This document shows, in pieces, positions 37,758-48,679 of a stretch of DNA of 64,000 nucleotides. The stretch lies in assembly GCA_965223865.1 (NCBI GenBank), contig OZ245020.1, positions 672,001-736,000 of the forward strand, read 5' to 3'. The stretch is from Nitrosarchaeum sp. Lineage in GTDB: Archaea > Thermoproteota > Nitrososphaeria > Nitrososphaerales > Nitrosopumilaceae. The notes beneath the pieces are model-generated. The model made no database searches. It saw only the letters and a list, made by a program, of their open reading frames with translations, and had not been told where the DNA came from. Position numbers and translations under genes: made by a program. How positions within the stretch are numbered: the stretch's first letter is position 1; every line of letters begins with the position of its first letter.

Positions 37758-38726
37758 ATGCTTTCACTATCTGGTCAAAGAGATGATGCAAAGGGAATAG
37801 TTTGTGAAAAATCAGATAATAGTGATATTTTACGTGGCACATCAACTCTGAAACGTGGATTTGCTCATATGCTAAAAAATGGAGTTGTAATGGATGTCAC
37901 AAATGTAGAACAAGCACAGATTGCTGAAGAGGCAGGGGCCGTATCTGTTATGGTTTTAGATAAACTTCCCTCTGATGTGAGAAAAGCAGGAGGTGTTGCA
38001 AGAACTGCAAGTATTAGAATTATTGAAGAGATTATGAATTCAGTAACAATTCCTGTAATGGCAAAATGCAGAATTGGTCACGTCTATGAAGCTCGAGTAC
38101 TTGCAGAGACGAATGTTGATATGATTGATGAATCAGAAGTCTTGACTCCAGCTGATGAATATCATCACATTTGGAAATGGGATTACACCACTCCTTTTGT
38201 TAATGGAGCACGCTCACTAGCTGAAGCTCTAAGAAGAATCGAAGAAGGTGCTGCAATGATTAGAACAAAAGGAGAGCCAGGTACTGGAAATGTAGCAGAA
38301 GCTGTAATTCATATCAAAAAAGTAAATGATGAATTACGAGCAATAAAATCAATTTATGATTCTGGCGATGATCAAGACCTGGTTAGGATGGCAAGAGAAT
38401 TCAAGGTATCTTATGATATTGTAAGAGAAACCGCAAAGCTAGGACGATTACCTGTTGTTAATTTTGCAGCCGGTGGAATTGCAACACCAGCTGATGCTGC
38501 ATATTTGATGTCACTTGGATGTGATGGAATATTTGTTGGTTCTGGAATCTTTAATGCAGATGATGCACAAGAGCGAGCAAGATCAATTGTTTTGGCAACC
38601 ACATTTTGGAATGAACCTGAAAAAGTAAAGGAAGCACAAAAGATGATTGATGAAAGACAATCAATGTTAGGCCTTGATGTAAAAACTTTGGAGCTAAAGA
38701 TGCAGGAGCGTGGTAGTTCAGCATGA
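37758..38726 (+). CDS. pdxS: Pyridoxal 5'-phosphate synthase lyase subunit
   Basis: [44 protein letters not shown]. Confidence 0.97.
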   Translation: MLSLSGQRDDAKGIVCEKSDNSDILRGTSTLKRGFAHMLKNGVVMDVTNVEQAQIAEEAGAVSVMVLDKLPSDVRKAGGVARTASIRIIEEIMNSVTIPVMAKCRIGHVYEARVLAETNVDMIDESEVLTPADEYHHIWKWDYTTPFVNGARSLAEALRRIEEGAAMIRTKGEPGTGNVAEAVIHIKKVNDELRAIKSIYDSGDDQDLVRMAREFKVSYDIVRETAKLGRLPVVNFAAGGIATPADAAYLMSLGCDGIFVGSGIFNADDAQERARSIVLATTFWNEPEKVKEAQKMIDERQSMLGLDVKTLELKMQERGSSA

Positions 38727-39337
38727 GCCTTAATGTTGGTATTTTATCTATCCAGGGAGATGTTGCAGAAAATACTCTTGCAACAAAAGCAGCACTAAAA
38801 GAATTAAACTTAGAGGGAACAGTAACTAGTGTAAAAACTCCTGAAGAGATCTCTCAAATTGATGGGCTGATAATTCCTGGTGGTGAGAGTACAACAATTG
38901 GCCAACTATCTCTGGTGAATAGTTCTCTGAAAAAAATTAAAGAGAAAATAGAGGGAGGAATGCCTGTCTTGGGCATTTGTGCAGGAATGATCATGTTATC
39001 TAATATCGCAGATGATAGAATAGTTGGAAAAACAAATCAGCCACTAATAGAATACCTAGACATTAAACTTGAGAGAAACTCTTTTGGTAGACAGCGAGAT
39101 TCTTTTGAGGCAGACATTTCAATGGATTCAATTGATATTCCAAAATTTAATGGTGTTTTCATTAGGGCTCCATCAGTTACAGATGTTGGCTCTGATGTTG
39201 AGGTATTATCAAAGTTTAATGAAAAAATTGTTGCAGTCAAAAAAGGAAATGTAATTGGAACTTCATTTCATCCGGAACTGACAAAAGATGTATCATTGCA
39301 CAAATATTTTGTAAAACTGGCTAGTCAGATAAACTAA
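38723..39337 (+). CDS. pdxT: PLP synthase glutaminase subunit
   Basis: [39 protein letters not shown]. Confidence 0.97.
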   Translation: MSLNVGILSIQGDVAENTLATKAALKELNLEGTVTSVKTPEEISQIDGLIIPGGESTTIGQLSLVNSSLKKIKEKIEGGMPVLGICAGMIMLSNIADDRIVGKTNQPLIEYLDIKLERNSFGRQRDSFEADISMDSIDIPKFNGVFIRAPSVTDVGSDVEVLSKFNEKIVAVKKGNVIGTSFHPELTKDVSLHKYFVKLASQIN

Positions 39338-39567
39338 TTTTTTAGATTTCTCTTCATATTGTAAATATTCAATTTTTTTTAAAAGCTAGATTTTATATCC
39401 AGGGCTTTTCAACCTCATCTTATGTCTCTATTGGAGTTTCTCCAATAGACTTGGTGTTCCAAATGTTGGCAAAGAGACATTTGTTTGAACAAAAAGTAAC
39501 GGCATTGTTTATAGATCTTTTCAACAATACATAATTGCAACAAACAAAAAACAATCCTGGTCGTTAC

Positions 39568-41262
39568 ATGAAAGCTTCAGATCTCTTAATCAAATGCTTA
39601 GAGGCTGAAGGTGTAGAGTACATCTTTGGTATTCCTGGTGAGGAAAATGCTGCTATGATGATGTCTCTTGCAGAATCATCAAAAATAAAATTTATCCTAA
39701 CTAGACATGAACAAGGTGCTGCTTTCATGGCTGATGTCTATGGTAGGCTTTCGGGTAAAGTAGGTGTTTGTTTGGCCACCCTTGGACCAGGGGCAACAAA
39801 CCTTGCAACAGGTGTGGCAAATGCAAACATGGACAGATCAAGATTGCTTGCCATAACTGGACAGACTGATTCTTATCTTTTACACAAAGAATCACACCAA
39901 AATCTTAACGTAGTAAAGATGTTTGAACCGATTACAAAATGGAGTTGGTCTATTAGAAATGCAAAAAATATTCCTGAGATAGTCAGGCGAGCTTTTAAGA
40001 TTGCATTAACCGAGAAACCTGGAGCTACACACATTGAACTTCCACAAGATGTTGCAAAACTAGATTCTGACATTCCTCCTATTGGTTCTCAAGAAATTTT
40101 TAGATCAAAACCAAACTCTAAATTAATCCATGAAGCAGTAAAAATTATTCTTGAGGCAAAAAAACCCATAATATTTGTAGGAAATGGTTGTATCAGAGAA
40201 GATGCAAGTGAACAGATAAGAAAATTTGTTCAGAAAACAAAAATCTGTTCTATTAACACCTTCATGGGAAAAGGAGTAATTCCTGATGATTATGAAACAC
40301 ATCTTCAAACAATTGGTATAAAGGATGCTGATCATGCATTACAAGCAGTACTGGAAGCTGATGTTGTCATATCTGTAGGATATGATCTAGTAGAATACAC
40401 TCCAAGAATGTGGAACTCTGAATTAAACAAGAAAATAATTCATGTTGACTTCACTCCGTCTGAAGTTTACACCTTTTATCGACCAGATGTTGAAATTGCC
40501 TCTGATATTGGCGATGCGATTGACGCAATATCTGAAGAACTAGAAAAAGTACAATCAGAGAACTCTTTACTTGATATTTATCCGCGAAAAGAAATTCCAG
40601 ATGTTTTCAGAAAGGTTCGCTCTGAAGTACTAGAAAGAATTGATACTTTCAAAGATGAGATTTCATATCCAATAAAACCCGAAAAACTAGTCATTGATGT
40701 GAGAAATACGTTGAATCATGATGATATTTTGTTGTCTGATGTAGGTTCTCACAAACTATGGATTTCAAAAATTTATCAAACATTTGAGCCAAACACATGT
40801 CTTGTGCCAAATGGATTTGCCTCAATGGGATTTGCATTGCCCGGCGCAATTGCAGCAAAGCTAGTCTATCCTGAAAAAATCATTGTTGCTATGACTGGGG
40901 ATGGTGGATTTTTAATGAATGTGCAAGAAATAGAAACTGCAGTCCGATTACAGTTGCCCATTATCGTCATTGTTTGGGTGGACTCTGATCTTAATTTGAT
41001 TTCACTTAAAGAAAAATATGAATTTGGTAAAAGCGTTTTTACGAAATTTGAAAATCCAGACTTTGTTCAGCTTGCAGAAAGCTTTGGGGCAATAGGACAT
41101 CATGTGAAGTCCGTACAAGAATTTTCCCAAGTTTTAGAAAAATCAAAGACCATAAAAGATAAACCAGTAATTATTGCAGTAGATGTTGATTACTCTAGAA
41201 ACGCAGTTTTGCTAGATGATGACTTTCCGCCATACGTTGATTCTCTTAACCATAAAGTCTAG
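39568..41262 (+). CDS. Acetolactate synthase large subunit-like ThDP enzyme
   Basis: FGIPGEEN, RHEQGAAFMAD, TLGPGATN, GDGGFLMN.QE. Start ATG 39568, alternatively TTG 39535. Confidence 0.9.
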   Translation: MKASDLLIKCLEAEGVEYIFGIPGEENAAMMMSLAESSKIKFILTRHEQGAAFMADVYGRLSGKVGVCLATLGPGATNLATGVANANMDRSRLLAITGQTDSYLLHKESHQNLNVVKMFEPITKWSWSIRNAKNIPEIVRRAFKIALTEKPGATHIELPQDVAKLDSDIPPIGSQEIFRSKPNSKLIHEAVKIILEAKKPIIFVGNGCIREDASEQIRKFVQKTKICSINTFMGKGVIPDDYETHLQTIGIKDADHALQAVLEADVVISVGYDLVEYTPRMWNSELNKKIIHVDFTPSEVYTFYRPDVEIASDIGDAIDAISEELEKVQSENSLLDIYPRKEIPDVFRKVRSEVLERIDTFKDEISYPIKPEKLVIDVRNTLNHDDILLSDVGSHKLWISKIYQTFEPNTCLVPNGFASMGFALPGAIAAKLVYPEKIIVAMTGDGGFLMNVQEIETAVRLQLPIIVIVWVDSDLNLISLKEKYEFGKSVFTKFENPDFVQLAESFGAIGHHVKSVQEFSQVLEKSKTIKDKPVIIAVDVDYSRNAVLLDDDFPPYVDSLNHKV

Positions 41263-41367
41263 ACTTTAAATAGATATTTTAAAAATAAATTCCAACAATA
41301 TGAAATACTATAGATCTATATTCTAAATTGGGAAATCTGTTAAATTTAAAAAAAAGATGTTATAATT

Positions 41368-41796
41368 ATGGAAAAAGAATCCAAACCTGAAAAACAAGAA
41401 GAAAAGCTGTCTGTCTGTGACATTATGAAAGAAGACACATCTGAAGTAATTAAGAAGATGGAATCCCAAATACCATCAATATTTCAAAACTTTTCAGACA
41501 TGTACACTGCCTATCTTCACACTTTAGATGATATTTTCGGAACCTGCTATATTGCAGAAAAGGAGTTTTTTGACAAGCTAAACATAGATCAGGGAGTGTT
41601 AAGACAAATCAAGAAAAATTCTGAATCAATCAAAAATAACTATATTGAGAATTTTGAAATGGCCTCAAGATTATTTGATGAATACGCCAAGATACGAGTA
41701 ACTGCCATTAAGTCATTTGATAACTATGTTCATACCATGATGGAATCATATGCCCAAATGCTGTCGCAATATAATAAATCCACAAAAAACTCTTGA
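41368..41796 (+). CDS. Hypothetical alpha-helical protein
   Basis: 142-aa ORF. Confidence 0.65.
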   Translation: MEKESKPEKQEEKLSVCDIMKEDTSEVIKKMESQIPSIFQNFSDMYTAYLHTLDDIFGTCYIAEKEFFDKLNIDQGVLRQIKKNSESIKNNYIENFEMASRLFDEYAKIRVTAIKSFDNYVHTMMESYAQMLSQYNKSTKNS

Positions 41797-41942
41797 TTCT
41801 TACAAATGGTTCCATGATGAAATAAAAGAACACTGGAAAATTGTATCTTCTACACAAGTTATTATTACCAAACCCTGTATCTAGACTCAAAAAACATTCA
41901 CCTTAGTTTCTTTGTTTGATTTTTCATACGTCAAATTTTGAA

Positions 41943-42890
41943 TTAAGATTGCAGTTTTTGCTTTATTGCAATTCTAGTAAAAATAACTCCAATTATAGTT
42001 GCAAACCCCATTGTACACAACCTTGTTAATATTACAAGTGATGATGCTACAAAGAGCTCCAATCCTTGTTGTATTAGCAAAAGATCAGCTACACTTTCAT
42101 GAACACCGATTCCTCCAGGCATAAAGGACAAAACACCATATCCTAAAGAAGTAAAATAGATCTGAGATGTCAAAATGTAACCTAGATCAACATTTAGTGC
42201 AAGAAAAACTACATAGACTGCCAATGAGTCAATTCCCCATCCTACTGTGCTAATTACCCATCCTTTTGTCATACTTTTTGGATTTGTCAAAATGGAAAAT
42301 GATTCGCTTGGTCCTATATCAGGCAGACGCTTTGATATGAATTTGATTTTTGAGAGTTTACTGTATACAAATACCGAAAAATTTTTCTTTCGAATCAATA
42401 AAAACGTCCCAACTAGTATGATTGCTGAAATTACGACCAAAGAAACTGATATGGCACCAAAATAGATTGAAAGACTTGCAATAATTATTGATGTTCCTGC
42501 AAGTAAATCATGAAATCTTTCCATAAAAATAACTGAAATGGACTTGTCAGCTGGAATATGAAATCTTTCTTTAAGGTACAGTGACTTTATGAAAGTTCCA
42601 ACACCGCCAGGCGTGTTAATCAATGATAATCCTGCCATGTAAATAACCATATTTTGAGTAGATGAAATTTTCTCACCAAGGAAATTCAAGAATTCTTTTT
42701 GACGAAAACTCTTTACTATATGAGATAAAAAAACAAGTCCAAATATCAAAAATAGAAATTCAATTCTAATTTGTGAAAAGTGTTCAGAAATCTTATCTAC
42801 ATCAGAAATGAAAATTAGCAGAACGTAAAAAAGAATAGTTGCAAGAATGATCCATAAAATTTTTGTTCTTATTAGTTCTAGTATCCCCAT
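41943..42890 (-). CDS. Lysylphosphatidylglycerol synthase TM-domain (UPF0104) flippase-like protein
   Basis: Multi-TM; TPGGVG, ERF.D, PGGIGV.E, TRL. Confidence 0.85.
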   Translation of the reverse strand: MGILELIRTKILWIILATILFYVLLIFISDVDKISEHFSQIRIEFLFLIFGLVFLSHIVKSFRQKEFLNFLGEKISSTQNMVIYMAGLSLINTPGGVGTFIKSLYLKERFHIPADKSISVIFMERFHDLLAGTSIIIASLSIYFGAISVSLVVISAIILVGTFLLIRKKNFSVFVYSKLSKIKFISKRLPDIGPSESFSILTNPKSMTKGWVISTVGWGIDSLAVYVVFLALNVDLGYILTSQIYFTSLGYGVLSFMPGGIGVHESVADLLLIQQGLELFVASSLVILTRLCTMGFATIIGVIFTRIAIKQKLQS

Positions 42891-42941
42891 TTTTTATCTC
42901 AATACCCATTACTACATTTTTGTCTAGATTAACTTTGTAAT

Positions 42942-45257
42942 CTAAATTAGATTATGCATTGATGCAAAATCTTTTTTAAATACACTCAAATCCTCCGGAA
43001 CAGAAATTGAGATAGAATCTTTTAATGAAAGTCCCTTACTCTTCTTTTCATTCCATACTTTGGAATTAAATTCTGTAATCTCTTTTGTAAAAGAAGAATA
43101 ATCGTCAGCTGATTCAGATTGAGCTTGTCTTTGTTTATGGATGCTTTCATCTGAATATAGAGTCTGCCAAAGATATTCAGTGATAAATGGAGCAATTGGT
43201 GCTAGTAATTTGAGAATTGTTGATAGCACTTTATGCAATGTATAGATTGCTGCATTTTTCTCATCATCAGAAAATCCAATACCATATGCTCTTGTCTTTA
43301 CCATCTCTATGTAATTTGCAGCAAAAAGATTCCATGTAAATTCACGAATTGCAACTGCTGGTACAAAAAAGTTGTATTTTTCATATCCCTTTTGGCATTC
43401 TATGACTAGATTGTCAAGTTCTGATAATATCCACTTGTCAGTTTCAGTTGGTGCAGCAGATTCTATAATCTCAAAACTTGATAAAAATCGTGAAACATTC
43501 CATAGTTTGCTTAGGAACTTTTTTGTTGAATCCATCTTTTGCTCAGAGCATCTAAAGTCATATCCATGGTTTATCTCACTGGCACTCCAAAATCTAAACG
43601 TGTCAGCCCCAATTCTCTCAATAACCGGTAATGGATCAAGGGCATTTCCCTTGCTCTTACTCATCTTCATTCCTTTTTCATCAAGTCCATATCCCATAAT
43701 CCATGCCTCAGACCAAGGCTTTTTTCCTGTGAGTTGCTCACATCTCAAGAGGGTATAGTATAGCCATGTTCTTACAATGTCTTTTGCCTGAGGTCTCAAT
43801 GCTGCAGGATATGTCTTTTTGAAGAATTCCTCGTCTTTTTGGAATTTTGTTACAAAAAGTGGTGATACACTAGAATCCATCCATGTATCAAAGGTTCTCT
43901 CCTCTCCTACAAATTCTGTTGCTCCGCACTTTGAGCAGTTTTTGATTGGAGATTCTTCCTTCCAAGGTCTATAGTATTTTCCAGGTTCCGGAACATGTGG
44001 TTCAGAACAACTCTTGCAATACCATATCGGAATCTCAGTGCCATAGTATCTTCGCCTTGATATTGGCCAATCAATTGAGATAGAATCAAGCCAGTTCATC
44101 AGGATTTGTTTGTGCATATCAGGATAAAATGTAATTTCATCTCCAAGACTTTTCATTTTTTCAACTGAATCCATCTGCTTTAGATAGTATTCCTCCATTG
44201 GTATAATTTCAATTGGATTTTTACTTCTCTCAGAGACTGGTGTTCTGTGATATATCTCTTCTATCTTTTCAATAAATCCATTATTTTCTAAATCTTCAAT
44301 AATTTTTGCTCTTGCTTGTTTTGGTTTTAATCCTGCATAGTTGCCTGCAGCCTTTGTCATTCTTCCATCAAGACCAATTGCAACAACTTCTCCTAGCTTT
44401 AACTCACGAAAAAGTGCAACATCGTTTTGATCACCATAGCTACAAACCATCATAGCTCCTGAACCAAATTCTTTTTGTGCAGAGTAATGTGTCTTAATCT
44501 CTACTTCTTGGTTTGTAATTGGAACAACTATCTTTTTTCCTACAAGATTAGTGTATCTCTCATCTTCCTCATTTACAATAATTGTCTTACATGCACAAAG
44601 AAGCTCAGGCCTTGTACTTGCAATAATAATTTTTTGATCAGAATCTTTTACGCTAAATCTCATGTAAACTAGTTTTGTTGGAAGTTCAAGGTATGTAATT
44701 TCAGCATCTGCAATCGTTGTTCCAGAAACCCAATCATAGTTGTTTGGTCTTGTGGCAAGATAGATTTGTCCTCTCTTCCACAATTCAATAAATGTAGATT
44801 GTGTAAGGGCTCTGTATTCTTCAGAGTCTGTCCTGTAGTAGTCTTTGATTCCCCCGCTTATTCCAAGATTTTTCATTATCTGAATCATTTCTGATTCCAA
44901 GTCATCAAGTGCATCTCGACATAAATTCAAAAATTCCCCTCTCTCAGTTTCTCTCATTCTTATGTTGTGCTTTTTTTCAGTATACACCTCCACTGGAAGA
45001 CCGTTTCTGTCAATGCCTATTGGAAAATAGACATTTTTTCCAGCCATTCGTGCGGTTCTGGCAATCATATCGATTTGTGAATAGTGAGATGCAGCACCAA
45101 TGTGCCATGGTCTACCTGAAGGATAAGGAGGCGGTGTGTCTATGGTATAGTTTTTCTCTGCTAAAACAAAATCATAGATGTTAGAATCTTCCCATTTTTT
45201 TAATACTTGTTGCTCTAACTCTGGATTCCATGCTTTTTCTTTTATTTTCGGTTCCAT
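42942..45257 (-). CDS. valS: Valyl-tRNA synthetase
   Basis: IDTPPP.PSG..WHIG, STRPE, DWPISRRR, DTWMDSS, KMSKS. Confidence 0.96.
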   Translation of the reverse strand: MEPKIKEKAWNPELEQQVLKKWEDSNIYDFVLAEKNYTIDTPPPYPSGRPWHIGAASHYSQIDMIARTARMAGKNVYFPIGIDRNGLPVEVYTEKKHNIRMRETERGEFLNLCRDALDDLESEMIQIMKNLGISGGIKDYYRTDSEEYRALTQSTFIELWKRGQIYLATRPNNYDWVSGTTIADAEITYLELPTKLVYMRFSVKDSDQKIIIASTRPELLCACKTIIVNEEDERYTNLVGKKIVVPITNQEVEIKTHYSAQKEFGSGAMMVCSYGDQNDVALFRELKLGEVVAIGLDGRMTKAAGNYAGLKPKQARAKIIEDLENNGFIEKIEEIYHRTPVSERSKNPIEIIPMEEYYLKQMDSVEKMKSLGDEITFYPDMHKQILMNWLDSISIDWPISRRRYYGTEIPIWYCKSCSEPHVPEPGKYYRPWKEESPIKNCSKCGATEFVGEERTFDTWMDSSVSPLFVTKFQKDEEFFKKTYPAALRPQAKDIVRTWLYYTLLRCEQLTGKKPWSEAWIMGYGLDEKGMKMSKSKGNALDPLPVIERIGADTFRFWSASEINHGYDFRCSEQKMDSTKKFLSKLWNVSRFLSSFEIIESAAPTETDKWILSELDNLVIECQKGYEKYNFFVPAVAIREFTWNLFAANYIEMVKTRAYGIGFSDDEKNAAIYTLHKVLSTILKLLAPIAPFITEYLWQTLYSDESIHKQRQAQSESADDYSSFTKEITEFNSKVWNEKKSKGLSLKDSISISVPEDLSVFKKDFASMHNLI

Positions 45258-45260
45258 TTT

Positions 45261-46076
45261 CTACTTTCTTGCAATGTTTGATATGATATGGGATCCCTTG
45301 TTGTATCCCTCATAGATGTAAACTCCTAATGCCTCTACGTTCTTTGGGAATCTAGGTGCAAGTAATCTGATTATTTCAGTTGATAAATTCTCAACTGTTG
45401 CTTCACCTTCCAAAAGATATGTGGTGTTTTTTGGAACTTGTAAATCAAACATGCCTTTTGGACCATCAAATTGAATCTGATAATGAGATTCATCTTCTTT
45501 TTTTAGATATTTTTTGTTAATGAAGAACTTGTGATCAAAGATATTGATTACATCTTTGATAATTTTTTTTGCCTCACCAAAATCAATTAACAGATTGTTT
45601 TTCATCTGTCCTACAAGTTCTACCATTACAGAAGATGTGTGGCCATGCAAGATTGAGCACTTTTCAACTAATGGCAAAATATGAGCATAGTCAAATGAAA
45701 AAGAAGCATCCTCTAAAAATATCGAACCTGTCTGTGGGGTTTTATCATAAAACACAATATCTTGCAGTTCTTTTATTTGAGCAGAATACTTTGGGTGACC
45801 AATTGCCATTACTTTTTTTTCAGATAGATCGTCTTTGATCTCTTTGTATTTTGTTATGTCTTCTTCATTATCAATTACTTCGATTAATCCTTTGTTGGTC
45901 TTGAAATCCACATTGATTGTTTTTCCTTTTATTGATAGTTTGTAATCATACTCATAATCTTCTTCAAGAAAGGTAAGCATTTGGGCTATTGTAAGCTCTG
46001 TTCTACTTCTTAGCAGATTTCCTTTTTTGTCTATATATCTAAAATCTGAATCTAAAATTGTGGGATTTGAGGTCAT
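45261..46076 (-). CDS. queD: QueD/6-pyruvoyl-tetrahydropterin synthase with extra N-terminal nuclease-like domain
   Basis: FDYAH...C..LHGH, IDFG, FDH, ATVENL; N-terminal RS..E..IA..L...YEY...VDF....IEV. Confidence 0.75.
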   Translation of the reverse strand: MTSNPTILDSDFRYIDKKGNLLRSRTELTIAQMLTFLEEDYEYDYKLSIKGKTINVDFKTNKGLIEVIDNEEDITKYKEIKDDLSEKKVMAIGHPKYSAQIKELQDIVFYDKTPQTGSIFLEDASFSFDYAHILPLVEKCSILHGHTSSVMVELVGQMKNNLLIDFGEAKKIIKDVINIFDHKFFINKKYLKKEDESHYQIQFDGPKGMFDLQVPKNTTYLLEGEATVENLSTEIIRLLAPRFPKNVEALGVYIYEGYNKGSHIISNIARK

Positions 46077-46134
46077 TTGACGTCATCTCTCTGAAGTCTG
46101 TATATAAATTCTGTAACGAAATTGAGATAACCTT

Positions 46135-46413
46135 TCAGAACAATGAGTTTAGAATTTTTGCTAGATTGATATCTTTATGTGTTATTCCACCTGTGTCATG
46201 AGTCATAAGATCAACTGAAAGTCTATTGTAGACATTGAACCACTCTGGATGATGGTTCATCTTTTCAATCTCCATAGCGGCTCGAGTCATAAACCCAAAT
46301 GCCTGATTAAAGTCTGTAAACTCAAAGTCCTTGTGCAGTTTTCCATTAACGAGACTCCATCCTGTTAGATCTTTCAGCTCTTTTTGAATCTCTTCAAATG
46401 ATAACTTTATCAC
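46135..46413 (-). CDS. Pterin-4-alpha-carbinolamine dehydratase
   Basis: F.DF.QAFGFM, NHHPEW.NVYN, THD.GG.T..D. Confidence 0.93.
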   Translation of the reverse strand: MIKLSFEEIQKELKDLTGWSLVNGKLHKDFEFTDFNQAFGFMTRAAMEIEKMNHHPEWFNVYNRLSVDLMTHDTGGITHKDINLAKILNSLF

Positions 46414-46486
46414 GAAATAACTTGTCTGCCATCAAAATTAATAGTTATGATCGGAACCACTTTGTATCCCTATATTTTGAGTATTT

Positions 46487-47236
46487 TTGTTGGTATCTGA
46501 AGTCTTAGAAGAAATCAAACAAGCTATTGTAAAGATCGTACCACAAAAAAAGATTGGAGTCGCCTTTTCAGGAGGAGTGGATAGCACACTTGTGGCAAAA
46601 CTATGCTCTGATCTGGGATATGATGTTACTTTATTGACTATAGGGTTTTCAGAGTCACATGACATTTCGTTTGCAAAACAGGTAAATGAACAGTTAAACT
46701 TTTCTCAAAAAATTTTAGAAATTGATCCCAATTCATTTTCAGAAACCACATCAAAAATCCACAAAAAAATTGGTACAGATAACCTCTCTTGGAACGAGAA
46801 TTGTATTGCATTTTACTATGTATCAAAGCTTGCACAAAGTTTGCAAATAGATACTGTAATTACTGCAAACGGGATTGACGAATTGTTTTGTGGATACAAT
46901 GCTTATCGTGATGTTGTAGAGCAAGGTGAAGACAAAGTCTTGGAACTAATGAATTCAAAACTTGAAAACGAATTAAATATGATGAAAGCAGTAAACGATG
47001 TAGCATCCGAGTTTAACGTAAAAATATTACAGCCTTTGTTGTCTGATGATTTTATAAAATTTGCAAAGACTGTACCTTTATCAAAAAAGATACGCAACAA
47101 GTACGACCTAATAAGAAAACATGCCATAAGAGAGGTGGCAATAGAAGCAGGAGTGCCTAGAGTTTCTGCAACCAAAAGAAAAAAAGCATTACAGTATGGC
47201 TCTAAAATTCACAAGAATCTCTTAAAATCTAGATGA
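46487..47236 (+). CDS. Asparagine synthase C-terminal (PP-loop) domain protein
   Basis: FSGGVDS, ANGIDELFCGY, KKALQYGS; no glutaminase domain. Confidence 0.8.
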   Translation: MLVSEVLEEIKQAIVKIVPQKKIGVAFSGGVDSTLVAKLCSDLGYDVTLLTIGFSESHDISFAKQVNEQLNFSQKILEIDPNSFSETTSKIHKKIGTDNLSWNENCIAFYYVSKLAQSLQIDTVITANGIDELFCGYNAYRDVVEQGEDKVLELMNSKLENELNMMKAVNDVASEFNVKILQPLLSDDFIKFAKTVPLSKKIRNKYDLIRKHAIREVAIEAGVPRVSATKRKKALQYGSKIHKNLLKSR

Positions 47237-48590
47237 ATTTTCTGATTGTCTTTTGAACTGACTTGTTGACATTGCTGATAATTGTAGGTGATGCACCTAG
47301 ATGTTTCTCAGGACAAAATATTGCATCAATCTCTTTTTCTGAAAGTTTTGATGAAAAGGCCTTGTCATTTTTGATTGCATCAATATATTGTATTTCCTTG
47401 TCTTTTGCCTCAAATGCAACCCTTTGAACATCTCTATATGCCACAAAACGTGGAACTCCTTTTTTTATTAGTGCCTCTAAAACAAACTCTGCAAATATCT
47501 GACCCTTTGTGATGTACAGGTTCTCCACAATCTTTTTCTCATTTACTATCAAATTTGAGACAATCCTAGTCATGGTTTCAAGCATCTCATCTACCAGTAT
47601 TGACGTTGTGGGAATGACAAATCTTTCATTGGCAGAATTTGAAAGGTCCCGTTCATGCCATAGTGGGATGTTTTCAAAGGTAATTCCAATTTGGCTTCTA
47701 ATCATCTTTGAAAATGATGAAACTCGTTCACTTTTGATTGGATTTCGTTTTACAGGAACTGCACTGCTTCCCATCTGCCCTTTCTTGAATTGTTCGGCAA
47801 CCTCTCCAATCTCTGTTCTCTGCAAGTTTCTTATTTCTATTGCAATCTTTTCTAGAGTAGCCCCAATTAATGCCAACTCAAAAACAAACTCTGCATATCT
47901 CTCTCTAGCAACTACTTGAGTGGTTACTTCAGCAGGATACAACTTTAACCTCTTTGCAACTCTTTTCTGAACTTCAAGGGATTTTGCCCCCATCAATGAA
48001 CCAGTACCTACTACGCCGAGAGTCTTGCAGATCAAAATTCTCTTTTTTATTTCCTCTATTCGTTCTACATGTTTTGCCATCTCTGCTGCCCAGTTTGCAA
48101 ACTTTAATCCAAATGATATGATGCTTGCATGTTGACCATGCGTTCTTCCAACTGCTGGAATTTTTGCGTGTTTGATTGCCCTTTCTGCAAGAATTGATGA
48201 TATCCTTGCAACCTTGGGTTCGATAATTTCCAAGGCATCTCTCATCTGCATTGAATTGCTAGTGTCTACCAAATCATTACTAGTCAATCCATAATGAATC
48301 CATGGCCTTGCATCTTTGGGACACTTTTCACTTAATGATTCAACCAAAGCTGCTGTATCATGATCGCTTTTTGCTTCTAACTGTTTGATTCTCTTTGCAG
48401 TAATTTTTCCTGACACTGCAGCTTTGAGAATTTTTCTTCCAACTGTCTTTGGGATTAACCCAATCTCGCTTTGTGATACTGCAGCTGTCCCTTCAATTTC
48501 TAATTGATAGTCAACTTTTTTTTGTTCGCTAAAAATTTCCATCATTTCTGCGGTGCCATATCGACCGCTATCAATTGGTAAAATAGCCAA
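47229..48590 (-). CDS. purB: Adenylosuccinate lyase
   Basis: IHYGLTSND, GRTHGQHA, GSSA.P.KRNP..SE, HERDLSNS.NER. Confidence 0.96.
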   Translation of the reverse strand: MAILPIDSGRYGTAEMMEIFSEQKKVDYQLEIEGTAAVSQSEIGLIPKTVGRKILKAAVSGKITAKRIKQLEAKSDHDTAALVESLSEKCPKDARPWIHYGLTSNDLVDTSNSMQMRDALEIIEPKVARISSILAERAIKHAKIPAVGRTHGQHASIISFGLKFANWAAEMAKHVERIEEIKKRILICKTLGVVGTGSLMGAKSLEVQKRVAKRLKLYPAEVTTQVVARERYAEFVFELALIGATLEKIAIEIRNLQRTEIGEVAEQFKKGQMGSSAVPVKRNPIKSERVSSFSKMIRSQIGITFENIPLWHERDLSNSANERFVIPTTSILVDEMLETMTRIVSNLIVNEKKIVENLYITKGQIFAEFVLEALIKKGVPRFVAYRDVQRVAFEAKDKEIQYIDAIKNDKAFSSKLSEKEIDAIFCPEKHLGASPTIISNVNKSVQKTIRKFI

Positions 48591-48679
48591 TAATTGTTCT
48601 GTTTATGTATCGAAAATAAATCTACTTATTAAATTCAAAATCTCAACTTTTAAAATTAGATATCAAAAATCATGTCTGT

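Noticed and set aside
46487-47236. QueC next to QueD
   Set aside because: Has the PP-loop but also the AsnB-type GIDELFCGY motif and lacks the QueC C-terminal Zn-binding cysteines
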